Below are positions 40,178 through 52,269 of a stretch of DNA of 64,000 bases, piece after piece. The stretch is from Rhina ancylostomus (Eukaryota). Location: contig JARFYF010000022.1 of NCBI GenBank assembly GCA_030265395.1, positions 38,630,484-38,694,483 on the forward strand, written 5' to 3'. A model generated the notes under the pieces. It was not told where the DNA came from. It ran no database searches and saw only the letters and a list, made by a program, of their open reading frames with translations. The position numbers were made by a program, and so were the translations under genes. The first letter of the stretch is position 1. Every line of letters begins with the position of its first letter.

Positions 40178-40365
40178 ATGTCAGGGTGTGGGAGTGAGGT
40201 GCCAGATCTCAGCCAAGGCTCCCGGGGGCTGGCCGGGGTGACCGGCCGAGAGGCAGCCAGTCTGTTGGGCTGGCTGCAGAAGCTTGGCATCGGAGCTGCT
40301 ACAACAAGGAGCACGATAACTCAGAGCCATCCCTACCAGCACTCGCCACCAACAGCCTGGGCAAG
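40178..40365 (+). CDS. Candidate alternative first coding exon (ATG to phase-2 donor): MSGCGSEVPDLSQGSRGLAGVTGREAASLLGWLQKLGIGAATTRSTITQSHPYQHSPPTAWA
   Basis: Lies in a locally GC/CpG-rich patch. ggcATG at 40178, open for 62 codons plus 2 nt to ag|gtactt, in phase with the acceptors at 41901, 42771, 44950 and 49690. No protein homology recognised. Confidence 0.45.
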
Positions 40366-41900
40366 GTACTTCAGTTTTGCCTCAGGAAAGGATTAAAGAG
40401 ACACTAACATTGCTGAGAACACAGTAAAATGGTAGCTCATCATGGATTATTTAATATAAGCAAGTCATTTCCTTCATGACACTACCTTCACTTTCACTGA
40501 CCCACAATGGCTCCCTGCTACCCAAAGCCTTAACTTTTTACTCTCATTTTCTTGCTCTCAGTCTCTTTACTTATTTCTTCTTCCTCTCTGAAGTGCATAC
40601 TGAAAAAGGTGCTATTCTACCAGAACATCATTTAAATGCAAAGAATTGATACTGAGCTCCCCTATTTTTCTGTGGACTAAAAATATTTCAAAGACAAATA
40701 ATTGGCATTCTGAGCTTTAAGGAAAGATAGTTCCTTTTGTTTTTGCAGAGTCCAAACTGTCCGTCCATCAGGGAACCTCATGTAATTTGGGTAAATTAAG
40801 AAAAATCTATTTTCATATCTTCACTGTTGTTATGCAACTGAATGTAGCAGCCAATTTGTGCAAAATAAGGTCATGTGTAGTGAGCAGGCAGATGAAACAG
40901 ATGTTGCTTAAGGGAAGAATGTTGGCCAGTACAAGAATAAAAAATTCTGATTTGATTTGAATGGTAAGCATTAAGTATTGTACACTTACACAGTATTATT
41001 GTTAAATGTTGATAGTCATACAGCTCTCTCACTGTTCAGTCTCCTCTTCCTCCCAACTAGACTTGGTGACTGCATCTCCAGTGAGACAGTTCAGTTCCTT
41101 ATCAAAATCAGCCTCTTCCACTTGATTTACTTAAATTAATTTTTTACTGATGTTAATGAATAAAGTGATATTAACATAATAGAAAGAAAACATTAATTGT
41201 AATAACTAGCATTGACTAATATAAATATCAATATTATATCTTTCAGTCATTAGCATTGTAATACTTGATCAAAATATTGAGAAGGTTAGCTATTTATTGT
41301 GTATTTAGGTGAAAGACATGAAATTTCTGTTTTCTAGGTTTATGCATGATTCCCCAGTTATGTTACTGTATGGTAACATCTGTCATTCTTGTGGAATTTG
41401 TGCCTAACTACTGTACATGTATTGCTCTTTAGAATTCACCTGTTCCTTGGATCTAAATCTGCTCTGCAATTACTGAAGTGTATTTAGCTTTAATAAGCCA
41501 ACAGACTAATATAAAAGCCTCATCCAGTAATCATTTTTGTACTCTGTATAAATTGTGCCTTTGTTACTGCAAGTTACTTTTATCCTGCATGCTAGTATTT
41601 GCTGTAAATGTAAACTCCTGCTCGATCTGTCTGTCATGTTGGTTACATTACATGCATTTCAGTGTGTTTGTATATGTGCATGCACTTCCAGATATATTGT
41701 TCCTGCGTTCAAGTGCTTGAACGTGCCAGCTTGTATGTTCTTGGGTATATGTACCATGTGACAGTCTGTGAACAACAAATGACAGAACTCTGCTTTATTC
41801 TTGTTCTCTTTCTATCTCTATATATACATCCTGTAAGTTCATGTATTTACCATCCTGTTCTCTTCCTGCATGTTTGCACATTGTTCTGCTGATTCACTAG

Positions 41901-42035
41901 TCACTTGCGCCTGAAAGCGATAGGCCGCAGCTATAGTGCACAAGACTTCAGACTACGTTCCAGAACAATGCCATCTTCAAGCCATAACGATACTAACTCT
42001 GACACTGCTTCTTCCAGCATCACCACTTTTCGAAG
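41901..42035 (+). CDS. PPP1R12C: Cassette exon, 135 bp, phase 2-2: HLRLKAIGRSYSAQDFRLRSRTMPSSSHNDTNSDTASSSITTFR
   Basis: Acceptor ctgattcactag|t, donor ag|gtactg; open in the required frame, symmetric, CpG-retaining, with four upstream TGCATG motifs. Confidence 0.72.
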
Positions 42036-42770
42036 GTACTGATCACATTGGCTTCTTTCAACATTTTGTACTATAAAGATGCACTGTTACGTTGTGACCA
42101 GCACTGGCTGCTTGGATTCCTGGTCCAATTCTTCCAGGTGACAATGAGATAAAATTAGGCAGTAACTTGATGGGTAGGAATTCACATTGTTTGCTTTTCT
42201 GCATAAAATCATGGTCTTGTAGTTCAAGTTAATCATAAATGGAAAGTACTGAGATGTAGTCATCAATGAGGTGCACAGTTTTGGACACATGCCTTGGTTC
42301 AGAGCCTGGTGATCCTATGATTCATGAAGCATTGATTAGATCACTGGGTTTGGAGGAATGGCTTTTTGTGGTTCTCTGACAGTAAGCTGCTGGAAGTTTC
42401 TTTTTAACCTTGACCAAGAGGAAATAAGACTCGGAGGGAATTTCCTTTTGCTACTAAGAGGGAATAACATTTATAGATGAAAAGAGTCATGTGTAGTAGA
42501 GAGGGGCTTGGATGAAGACATTTGGAGGGGTTGCAATCAGTGTGTTAACATTCAAGTTGAAGAGATTTACGTGGAGGATTGTACTTGAGAGTTTGAACTG
42601 GAACAAGGACCCAATGTGTTTGCTACCAAATTCCTCTGGGGTTTGAGATTAGGTTAGTTACTAGTCATCCATTAATTTTCCTTTGTTGTTTCATAAATGG
42701 TTTTGTTATTTTATCTGATATGTTCCCACGCTTGTCTTTCCCAATAATTTTCATTATACTTCCCTTGCAG

Positions 42771-42926
42771 TGCATCTTTTGGAAGGAGGCAGGAGGGTCT
42801 TGGTAGTAATTCTGCCCCAGGATCTGTCAGTACATTGTCCAATACAAGCTCCTCCAATCCTCCCAGTGGCCGGGGCCTGACAGCAGGTATCTCAGCAACA
42901 TCTTCAGGAGACAGTTACGCAAGTCG
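42771..42926 (+). CDS. PPP1R12C: Coding exon, 156 bp, phase 2-2: ASFGRRQEGLGSNSAPGSVSTLSNTSSSNPPSGRGLTAGISATSSGDSYAS(R)
   Basis: Acceptor cccttgcag|t, donor cg|gtaaga; matches the MYPT1 central Ser/Thr-rich segment SCSFGRRQDDL. Confidence 0.9.
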
Positions 42927-43899
42927 GTAAGACCGTCTCTGCAATCTGGAATTCATGGTTTTCATGACTTATGGAGGAGCTGCACCATGTCTGAAAGGCC
43001 TCTGCTCTGCCACTTCTGTGAATCCTATTCCAGTTTGTTATTTTCATGGTTAACATTGAAGCTGTTATATCAGTTTTCTCCTTCATCTCTCCATCCTTTG
43101 TCTTATTCTTGACACTCTTCCTCTTATTCCCTCTCTCTTTCAAGTTTGAAATATTTGTGTGAGTTTGTTGTTTCATTAATCCTATTTGTGTTGATCATTT
43201 CTCCTGTGCAATCAGAATATATATTTTTTTAAAAATCAGATGTTTCCCTCAGGGTGGCATAATTAGGTTTTAATGTATCATTTTTCCAGAATATCATTTA
43301 GTTTAAAGCCAGTTGTAATAAGTTTTAAAGTTCTTGTCAATCTTATCAGATTGCATAGTATTTAACAGATGCAGTAAATGTGCTGCATGAAAACAGGTTC
43401 TGCTCTGAAGACTGTACACGTTTGCGATTCAAAAAAAATGATAAATCAAATAGGCAGTCCTATTTCCATAAACAAATAAAACTGTGGTAGAACACATTTG
43501 CTTGTTATAGCAAACAATCCAGTGGGAAATTCAGGATGAAGACAGAAGATTCTTGAGCGAGGATTAATCAAACATAGAACAAACTTCCAGGAGATTAATG
43601 GAAACAGAAAGTTGCAGAGTCATTCAATGAGTTACAGAATTAGAACGAGTGATGAGGTACTACAGGAACTAAAGTTGGCCAAGTAGCCTTTCTCTTTTAG
43701 TTTAAATTATTTCCATGATTGCCTCTGAGACCTTACAAAGGAGGGCACTGTAAGATAATTTCAATATCAGGCATTTGAGCAGAGGACTTGAGGGTGTTGT
43801 GATTCTGTAGGCTGTAAATGTTGTTGAATTTTCTCTCCTACCATTTTTCTGAAAGGGGGAAACTCTGAGGTGAGGTAAGGAGATTTGAAAATTCTCTCT

Positions 43900-44640
43900 C
43901 ATCAATCCCCATCCGAACACATGCCCTTTATTGTACTCCTTCCTCATATTTCCATCCCAGCCACAACATTGAAATAACGATGACCAAAATCACTTTTGAT
44001 ACCATTTGTGATTGTGATGGTGGTAAATCCAACCCTCCTAGTCCTTCTCAACATCTCTGCATCCTTTAACGTGGTTGACTAGACTTCCTCCTCCAGCACC
44101 TCCACTATCATTAAGCTGGATGAGACGACAGGTGACTGGTTTCATTTTAATCATTTGCAGCCAAGGTTATGCAGCAATGGCTTCATTTCCTGGACCAACA
44201 CTAACTGCCTCAGTAACTCGCAAGGCTCCCTACTGTTACCTATATGCTGCCCTTCAGCACATCACACTGAAACAAGATGTCAGTTCCAAATGTGGGCTGA
44301 TGACACCCAGCTTTACCCCCTCACTACCTTGTGTTTGACATGCAACATTCTGTGAGCAGAAATTCCCTCCAACTGAATGAGGGAGTGAACAATACATTAA
44401 CTTTGGTCCCTGTCACAAACACCATTCCCTAGCCTTCAACTACATCACTTTCATTGGCATCTATCTAAAAGGGAACCAGATTATTCATATTCTTGCTGTT
44501 GTACTTAAACTAAGCTGAGTTTCAGACCATATACTGTATCAGTATCATCTCTCTTATCTTTTGTAACGTTGCGCAATTCTACCTCTTCCTCGGTACTCTG
44601 CTGCTGTAATCCTCATCCATGGCTATGTAACCTCGAAATT
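43900..44640 (+). mobile_element. L2 LINE RT remnant
   Basis: ttccaaatgtgggctgatgacacccagctttac encodes FQMWADDTQLY, the L2 YADDTQLY motif; also ctctgctgctgtaatcctcatccatggctatgtaacctcga. Confidence 0.7.
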
Positions 44641-44949
44641 GGCAGGGTCAATTGTAATCCAAATGGACTGAAGGAATCTCCTGATTTTTCAGTGAATTAC
44701 AGCTCTGTCTAGTGTATTACCTTCAATCAAAGCAATAACTTTGCTGAATAAGGCTGATTTAATTGTTTTGTCGCTTGGAACTTCATTTATAGTTAGTACT
44801 TTGCTCAATACCTTAATTCAGACTAGATGTAAACATTTTCCCTGGTGCACTGAGAGCCTGATATTTTACAGATCAAGTGATAGTTTCTGCTATACTGTAT
44901 AAGGGAAGACTTAATTCACAGGTCTTACTTTGTTCCTTCTTATCCTCAG

Positions 44950-45048
44950 CTCCCAGACTCAGAACCAAGCAGGAAATGCAGCAGAGAAAGAGAGTAATCC
45001 AACCACGCAAGGCACTGGTTATGGTACCGAGAACCGTGAGAGACGCAG
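44950..45048 (+). CDS. PPP1R12C: Coding exon, 99 bp, phase 2-2: SQTQNQAGNAAEKESNPTTQGTGYGTENRERR(R)
   Basis: Acceptor cctcag|c, donor ag|gtacca; ends in ERRR leading into SYLTPV, as in MYPT1 EVRERRRSYLTP. Confidence 0.9.
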
Positions 45049-45509
45049 GTACCAGTTACAAGTGAAATGCTCAAACGATGCCGTGGGCTCAGTATGAACC
45101 ACATACTCAAAACAGAATCTCTTGTGTGCAGTATATTCTGTAGTCGGTTGCTAACTCTAACAGATTTGGGAAAGCAAAGCATTTTAATTCTTGAAGTGTG
45201 CATACTGTTAGTGGAATCTATTAAAGAATAGAACTTTGCTGTTTTAAGGCTCCAATCTGATGCAAGTATAACCAGACTCAGTCCTGTGCCTCATAGAGAC
45301 AGACTTAGTACAAAGCAGCTTCCATTACATTAATTGGAATCATGTTGGCACACACCCATTAACCTGAAGAACTAAACACCGAACTGTAGACATCTTTTGA
45401 AACTAAAGACATGAACTTCTAAATTACTAAAATCTAACAGAAGCATACAATGTCCGATGATATTTCAACGATTTTCATTAATTCAGAGATTATTCAAGGT
45501 TCTACACTA

Positions 45510-46370
45510 TAAAGACCATAGAAATTCATAGCACACAAAGGAAGCCATTCAGAGCATCATGTAAGTTCCATCCTGAGAAACAACTATCATGCTTAATTCT
45601 AATTCCCAACTCCTGGTCTTGTAGCCTTGTGGGTTATGGCACATCAAATGATTAACCAGACATTAAGAATTCCTGTCTCCATCACCCTTCAGCCAGCAAG
45701 TTCCTTATACCAGTTCCCTTGGTGAACAAGTCCTCAACTCCCCTTTAATCTTTCTACCAATTGTATTAAATCAGTGCCTTCTTGTTAATGGTATCTCTGC
45801 CAAGGGAAATATGTCCTTCCTGGACACTATATCTAGGTCTCTTGTCGTTATAAGGACCTCACTTTAAATCGTCATTTAGCTGTCACTATCTGAAAGAAAG
45901 CAACCCCAAATGGCAAATCTTTTGTCATAACTAAAAATCACCAGACCTGGCAACATGCTCATTCATCTCTTCCCAACATCTCCAGTGCCATCACATCCTC
46001 ACCCTCACGTGGGGATTAAACCAGTACACTTGCTGTGACCTGCTTCTTTTATAGTTTCAGCAGAACATCCCTGTGCTTATATTCTCTGAGTTAGCCAAAT
46101 AAAAAAAATTATCACATGCCTTCTTCACAATGTTTTTTCTCTCCCTGAATTGTTCCTTTGGGATCTGTAAATATATACTCCAAGATCTGTCTGTTCTTCC
46201 ATATCTCTTATTACTCTATTGCTTATTATTGTATTCTTTTGATAAGGGCACTCTCCCCAAATACCATTACTGCGGATTGAATTCCATTTATCACCTTTGT
46301 GCCTATCAAGCCGGTCCTTTTGGTACCTTTCTGCTGTCATCAGTTTTCCACCCTATGATCTCCTAACACT
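45510..46370 (-). mobile_element. Decayed CR1 LINE 3' portion
   Basis: ORF 46125..46340(-) DMEEQTDLGVYIYRS; CR1-like tail near 45515. Confidence 0.65.
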
Positions 46371-47209
46371 TTTTTTAAACCAATTATTTCATTCTGCTTT
46401 ATCAATTTCCTTTGGGTTGCAATTATTTTATTGCTCATAAGCTACATTTCTCTTCCAGTCCATTGGCTGAAACCTTTAACAGTTCTAAAAGAACACTCAC
46501 TATAATTCTCCCAAGGCAACTAGAGATCAGCAATAAATGCCTGCCTTGCCAGCACTCCCCATACCCCAAGAATTAATTTATTTGAAGTGCAGTTATGGAA
46601 CTAAATCATTTAATTGTGTTCAAAAAAAGTACATCATTAACTAGAATTGAAATGGAAGTTACCCTGCACTATCAAACCTCTTAAAAGACATGGAGAGCCA
46701 CCTTATTTTGAGATCTTATTCTAGTTGCTTATTCAATTATACTGAGCCAAAGTATTGATCGTAATGGGTTAGCTGAATGATGTGAAAACGTGTTTGTTAT
46801 ACAAGCAAATCATTGAGCCTTTAGGGTTGATAGATTGATGTTTTTGTTTGGAGCCTTTGAGTCTGGAGTACATAAGAAGCACATTGTATTTCATTGGGAG
46901 TCTGCAAATTCAATGGCAGCAATTTGGCTTTGCTTAACATCACTAATGTCCTTTTTAAAATTGGACGCCAAGCTGATGATGGGAAAAGTGACTAAATGGT
47001 TGGTCAGGAAACTTGATATTAAGGCCGTGACGGTTTTGAGGAGGAAGTTCCAGAGCACAGCATGGTGAAGTATTCATCCAAAAACCTTTTAGTTAATCAT
47101 GCTGAATAAGAAACGGACTCTGCAGAGAACTGAGTAAGCCGTGTTGGGCTGGAGTTGGTAGTTCATCCAATGAAGCATCAGTAAGTCTTAGACGTCTGCC
47201 TATGTGCTG

Positions 47210-48510
47210 CTGAATGTGGAAGTCCGAAACTTGCTGAGTGACAGATGGTGTTGTAGGATCACTTGCATAGGATTAAAGTCCCCATTCATTTCGGTGGCAA
47301 TTCCAGGCCTGTGGAATAGGGAAAAAAAAGATGTGAAAATGTTCTTAAAAAAAATTACCTCCCACCATTATTCAAAAGCAGAAACTACCGAACTACAGGC
47401 AGTTCAGCATCTCTCACAGATGTTAACGTTGTTATTTGAAACTTTGTAGCAGGGCACTTAGAAAAATCCAAGATAATCAGGGAAATCATGTTTGATGAAT
47501 TTAGTGGAGATCTTTGACGAAGTAGTGTGTCCCATGGATAAAGAGGGGGGTGGGGAGTCAGTATACTGTACTGGATTCAAGGTTGCAAATGTTCATGCTG
47601 TAGAAGGCAACATATTGATGTGGGTCGAAGAGAAGATTGACTGGCTGATACAAAACAGCGAACAGGCATAAATGTATCCTTTTCTGGTTGGCAATATGTA
47701 GTGAGCAGTAATGCCATAGGGATCAGTGCAGGGGCTTCAACTTTTTATTTTTTCTATAAATGACTGAGATGAATGCATCAAAAGTATAACTGCCAAGTTT
47801 GCTGATGAATGAAAGATAGGCAGGAAAATAAATTGCAAAGGGGACACAAGGAGGCTACAGAGGATATAGATAGGTTAAATGAATGGGCAAAGATCTGGCA
47901 AATGAAATATACTATGGGGAAATGTGTAATTGTTCATTTTGGCAGGAACATTAAAAAGATTACACATTTTATTTAAATGGTTAGAGTTTGCAGAGCTCTG
48001 AGACGCAGAGGGATCTGGCAAGCATGCAGGTAATTAGGAAAGCTACAATGTTGTAATTCAGTGAGAGGGATCGAATACAAAAGTGGGGAGGTTATGCTTC
48101 ATTTAAGTTGGCCATTGGTGAAACCATATCTGGAGTACTGTGTCCAGTATTGGGTAAGTTATTTAAGGAAAAATGTTAATTCATTAGGCGTGGTTCTGAG
48201 GTTTACTAGAATTTATGTATTAAATAGGAAGGTCATCTAATAAGGAAAGTGTGGAATAGACCAGCCTTGTATCTAATGGAATCCAGAAGGATGACGTGAC
48301 TTGATTAAAACTTACATGATCCTGATGGGTTACCTCTTGTTGGAGAATCTAGAACTGGGGCTCACTGCTCAACTATAAAGGGTCACCAGTTTAATGTAGA
48401 TGAAGCAATTTTTTTCTCAGTGTTGCAGGTCTTCAGAACTTTCTTCACCAAAGACCAGTGGAAGCAGTGTTTGTGAACCTTAAGGCAGAAGTAGATAGAT
48501 ACTTAGTATC
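47210..48510 (+). mobile_element. Decayed CR1 LINE RT region
   Basis: gccatagggatcagtgcaggggc (PQGSVLG-like), gccaagtttgctgatga (AKFADD), gaatgggcaaagatctggcaaatg (EWAKIWQM), ccatatctggagtactgtgtccagtattgg (PYLEYCVQYW). Confidence 0.8.
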
Positions 48511-49689
48511 TAACCATTCATTGCCTTGCTTATTAAGTTGTAGAGCAAGGCATGAGGAGACCCCAATTTGTATGTTTCATTATTTTGAAGTGATTTTACA
48601 TATAGCAATATTTAGATTGAAAATAAAGTATCTTCAAATCCTTGATAGAGACAAATTTAAATCTATTTATATATAACTCAAATTGCAATGTTTCTAATCA
48701 AATCATTATAGCTAAGCTACAAAAAAAGACAGAAGTACAACCTATGAAGATCTGTGGTACATGATGACCACAGTTTTCATTTGCCTCCCCCATTTCTCCT
48801 GTCTACTTTGGGTGGTGCAGTTATCAGAAGTTTACATTTTGATTGCAGCAGAAACCCAACCGTGATTTGAGTCTTGGATCACTGAGGTGAACACAGAGAG
48901 TTAGCGACAGTGAAGACCTGGGAAGTTTGTTACACCTGTTTGGGGAAGGAAAGCGTTTGCTGCTGCGGCACCTTCTTAGAACCTCCAGATGCACAGTGGA
49001 GCTTAACCACCTGAGAAGCAAAACTTTCTTGAATTGGTGCCGAACAACAAACCCTCCCATCCAAAGGGGCAATCCTACTGCTTCCAGTGTCCTATATGAT
49101 GCCACCCTTTTGGCTTTGATATCAATTTAAATGCTTTATGTTAGATGAGAGTTCACTACCCTTGCTAAGGAAACCCTAAAAATAGCAATATTGTGCACAA
49201 AAAGGGTCCATACAGAGCGAGAAAGACCTCCCTTTAGTCTGAAGCCAGCAGGCTATCTCCCAGTAGGCAGAAAATCAGCCCCATTGATATGATTGCTGTA
49301 ATTCAAGCCATAACATCAGCTGCATGGTGTGAGCTACCTTCAGTACTGGATTCTAATTAGACAGCTGTATAATTTATCCTTCACTGATCAGGACAGGTTT
49401 ATATCACATTGAAAAGCATTTATAAAGTACATGAAGATTACTGATCAATTAGTGAGGATACAAATTTACAATTCAAAGTACCAATTTTCTGAGTNNNNNN
49501 NNNNNNNNNNNNNNNNNNNNNNNNNNNNNNNNNNNNNNNNNNNTGAAAAGGAGGAGTTACAAGCAGACTTCATAGCTGTGACTTCCTTCCATCCAATGTA
49601 CAATAATTTCTCTTTGGGTGCAATGCACGATCAAGTCTTCACCGCCGCATTTAAAAGTGATTGTTCTCTGCATTGTTTCACCAACTCAG

Positions 49690-49780
49690 ATCCTACCTCA
49701 CCCCAGTTCGTGATGAGGAAGCTGAAGCACAACGCAAGGCACGTTCGCGACATGCCCGCCAGTCTCGCAGGTCCACACAG
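49690..49780 (+). CDS. PPP1R12C: Coding exon, 91 bp, phase 2-0, inhibitory phosphorylation domain: SYLTPVRDEEAEAQRKARSRHARQSRRSTQ
   Basis: Acceptor actcag|a, donor cag|gtgaga; contains the MYPT1 T696-equivalent RRST. Confidence 0.97.
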
Positions 49781-50553
49781 GTGAGACAGTACAGCCTCTG
49801 CAAAACATTGTGCTGTAATCTTACCCACCCTCATGTTCACTGTTGGATACTGGAATTCTGAATCGGTTGCCAGATAGTAAGGGTTTAAAAACCAAACTAA
49901 TTTTTCTCCAATAAACATAAACTAATATTGGATGTGGAATAGAGATTTGCATAAGAGGTTTGTCCGTGTGTGTTCACTAGGGGTTTATACGATATAAAAT
50001 AAATTCCGTGTTCTGTCAGCCCTCACCATTGTTCCACTCCATGCATTCCTTTACTGCTTGGAAGGGGCATCATAAGGCTTTAAAAAACATTTTAACCTTT
50101 ACTATATTAAGCATGCACATCCTTAATACAGTAAAACTATAACCTGGCACACTCAGGATTTTGGTGCCAGGTTGGCAAATTTTCCAGATTGTTGGATTTG
50201 ACCCATTTTAATTCACTTACATTACAGTATTATAATGAATTTTCCAGTAAACCAGGTAAGTCTAAAAGGCATACAGGAGTGGGAATGGAGTGCTGCAAAC
50301 GTCACCTAATAAGCCAAATACTGAATCATAAGGATTTCCGAATAATTGGACAGTGGATTAGCAGAGTTTTATTGTTTTGTGGAATGAATATGTGAATAGA
50401 TATCCAAAAACCCTTAGCATTTTATCCAATGATTATTGGGGTGTTCTTTGTCCCTGCTTGCCTTTCATCCCCACCCCCAACCTGATACATACCCCACCAG
50501 ACTGATTGAGAACTTGCTGTTCTGTTTCTGTTATATTTCATTGTTTAATGCAG

Positions 50554-50721
50554 GGTGTGACACTGACAGACCTCCAAGAGGCTGAGAAAACAATTGGAAT
50601 CCAGCGTGAGAAGAAAGCTGCAGAACAGGAGAAAGAGAAAGAAAAAGAAAAGGAAGAGAAAGAAGGAGAAAGTAAAGACTTAGCCTCGAAATACAGATAT
50701 AGCAGGAGCAGTCAGGATGAG
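50554..50721 (+). CDS. PPP1R12C: Coding exon, 168 bp, phase 0-0: GVTLTDLQEAEKTIGIQREKKAAEQEKEKEKEKEEKEGESKDLASKYRYSRSSQDE
   Basis: Acceptor atgcag|ggt, donor gag|gtgaga; GVTLTDLQEAEKTIG matches MYPT1. Confidence 0.96.
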
Positions 50722-52130
50722 GTGAGATGATTAGCTACCTCTAATAACCAGGTGGCTTTGTTACACTTAATGCTCCAAGCCTGTCTGCCAACAACAAAGC
50801 ACCACCCAAAACTTTCTGATGCCTGTGTCAAAACACACACCAACTCTGACCAACATTGCTCTATATGCTGAGTTATCGCAGATCCTGGATAAGTAAGGCC
50901 TTCATTTTAACAATTGTTTTCAAATCTGTGAATGATCTCTCCGTACCTGTTCCTGTAAACTCCTCCTCCTCTATAGATTCCCATGCATTTCCACAGGTCT
51001 TCCATTTTGCACATACCCAATTTCAATCAGTTGGTGGCTCTGTTATTTAAATGCAAGTTGTTGATATTACTCTCTTAATCCTTCAGTTACACTCAGGTTA
51101 TAACAAGTCATGGGGTTGCTTTAAAGAATTAATTTTTGGAATGCTGTGTGTCAGTCCTGCCATTACCATGTCTCTTCCTCTGATGTCATCTCTGCAGATC
51201 TCTGACAACTATCAGATTGTGCAATTCTGAACTTCTTCACCTCTTCCCTTGCATGTTTTCCACTGATCTCTCTCTTACTGAATCCTTTAAATAAAAGAAG
51301 GGATGTTCAGGGAAATACATTGTTTGAGAGAGAAATCTTCAAATGAGTGCTAGACCATTCCGGATTCACATTGGGAAGTATTGTTTACCATGCAAAGACA
51401 GTAGAAATCTGAGATTGATGGTCTTTTATCTCACAAAACCTTAAGAAAACAGTTCAAAGGTGGATAAGTAGAGCTTAGATGCAGAGCTGCCACAATCTGC
51501 TTGATCAAGGGAGTCAGTTGGCCTTCTCTTTCATTGTTTTTAGGACATACTGCAAGTTAAGTTCTTGAACAGATTTCATATTGAAATATTAACTATTCTA
51601 TGACACACGGCTTTTATGTTTACATTGTAGAACCTTGATCCTTAGCTCTCTGTTGTGCACATACACGTGATAGTTGGTTCATATCTCTTACCACACATTG
51701 GTATTATTGGTATTGGTTTATTATTGTCANNNNNNNNNNNNNNNNNNNNNNNNNNNNNNNNNNNNNNNNNNNNNNNNNNNNNNNNNNNNNNNNNNNNNNN
51801 NNNNNNNNNNNNNNNNNNNNNNNNNNNNNCAGTACAGAGTGCATTGATGTAGTACAGGTAGAGTTAGTGACAGTTTAAATTTAAAAGTGTAGAACAATTA
51901 TTAGTAAAGGTAATGAGTAGATCTGTAGAGAGCAGCTTGCAACGTGTTGCCACACTCTGGCGCCATTTTGCTCCTTTAATCTCTGGAGCATCTACATTTT
52001 CCCCCTTGTGTTTTTGTCCATTAGCCCTGCCTTTTTCATTCTGTGCTTTTGGTGATTTTATTTGAATGTGTAGGTTGTCTCTCAAAGTGCCATTATTTAG
52101 TGTCACCCTCTATGTTGCTGCCTAATACAG

Positions 52131-52269
52131 GAGAAGAACTGGCGTTCGAGACTAGCCAACCTACAGAAAGCGGATCTGCTGGGTCTAACCTCCTATTCCA
52201 CAGATTCTAATCGTTCAAATGTTCCAACTTACACCTGCCACAATGCTGTACAGCCTCTTGACAACAAAG
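52131..52269 (+). CDS. PPP1R12C: Coding exon, 139 bp, phase 0-1: EKNWRSRLANLQKADLLGLTSYSTDSNRSNVPTYTCHNAVQPLDNK(E)
   Basis: Acceptor ctaatacag|gag, donor g|gtattc; open, and supplies the phase 0 to 1 change needed for the next exon. Confidence 0.85.

Noticed and set aside
40749-40790. Strong acceptor (ttttgtttttgcag) with two possible donors
   Set aside because: The 42-bp version is open in phase 1 but has a stop in the required phase 2; the 33-bp phase-2 version relies on a weak cat|gtaatt donor. Unsupported without RNA data.
48849-48886. Exon-like segment ttgcag|cag...gag|gtgaac
   Set aside because: Stop codon in the phase-2 frame from either acceptor.
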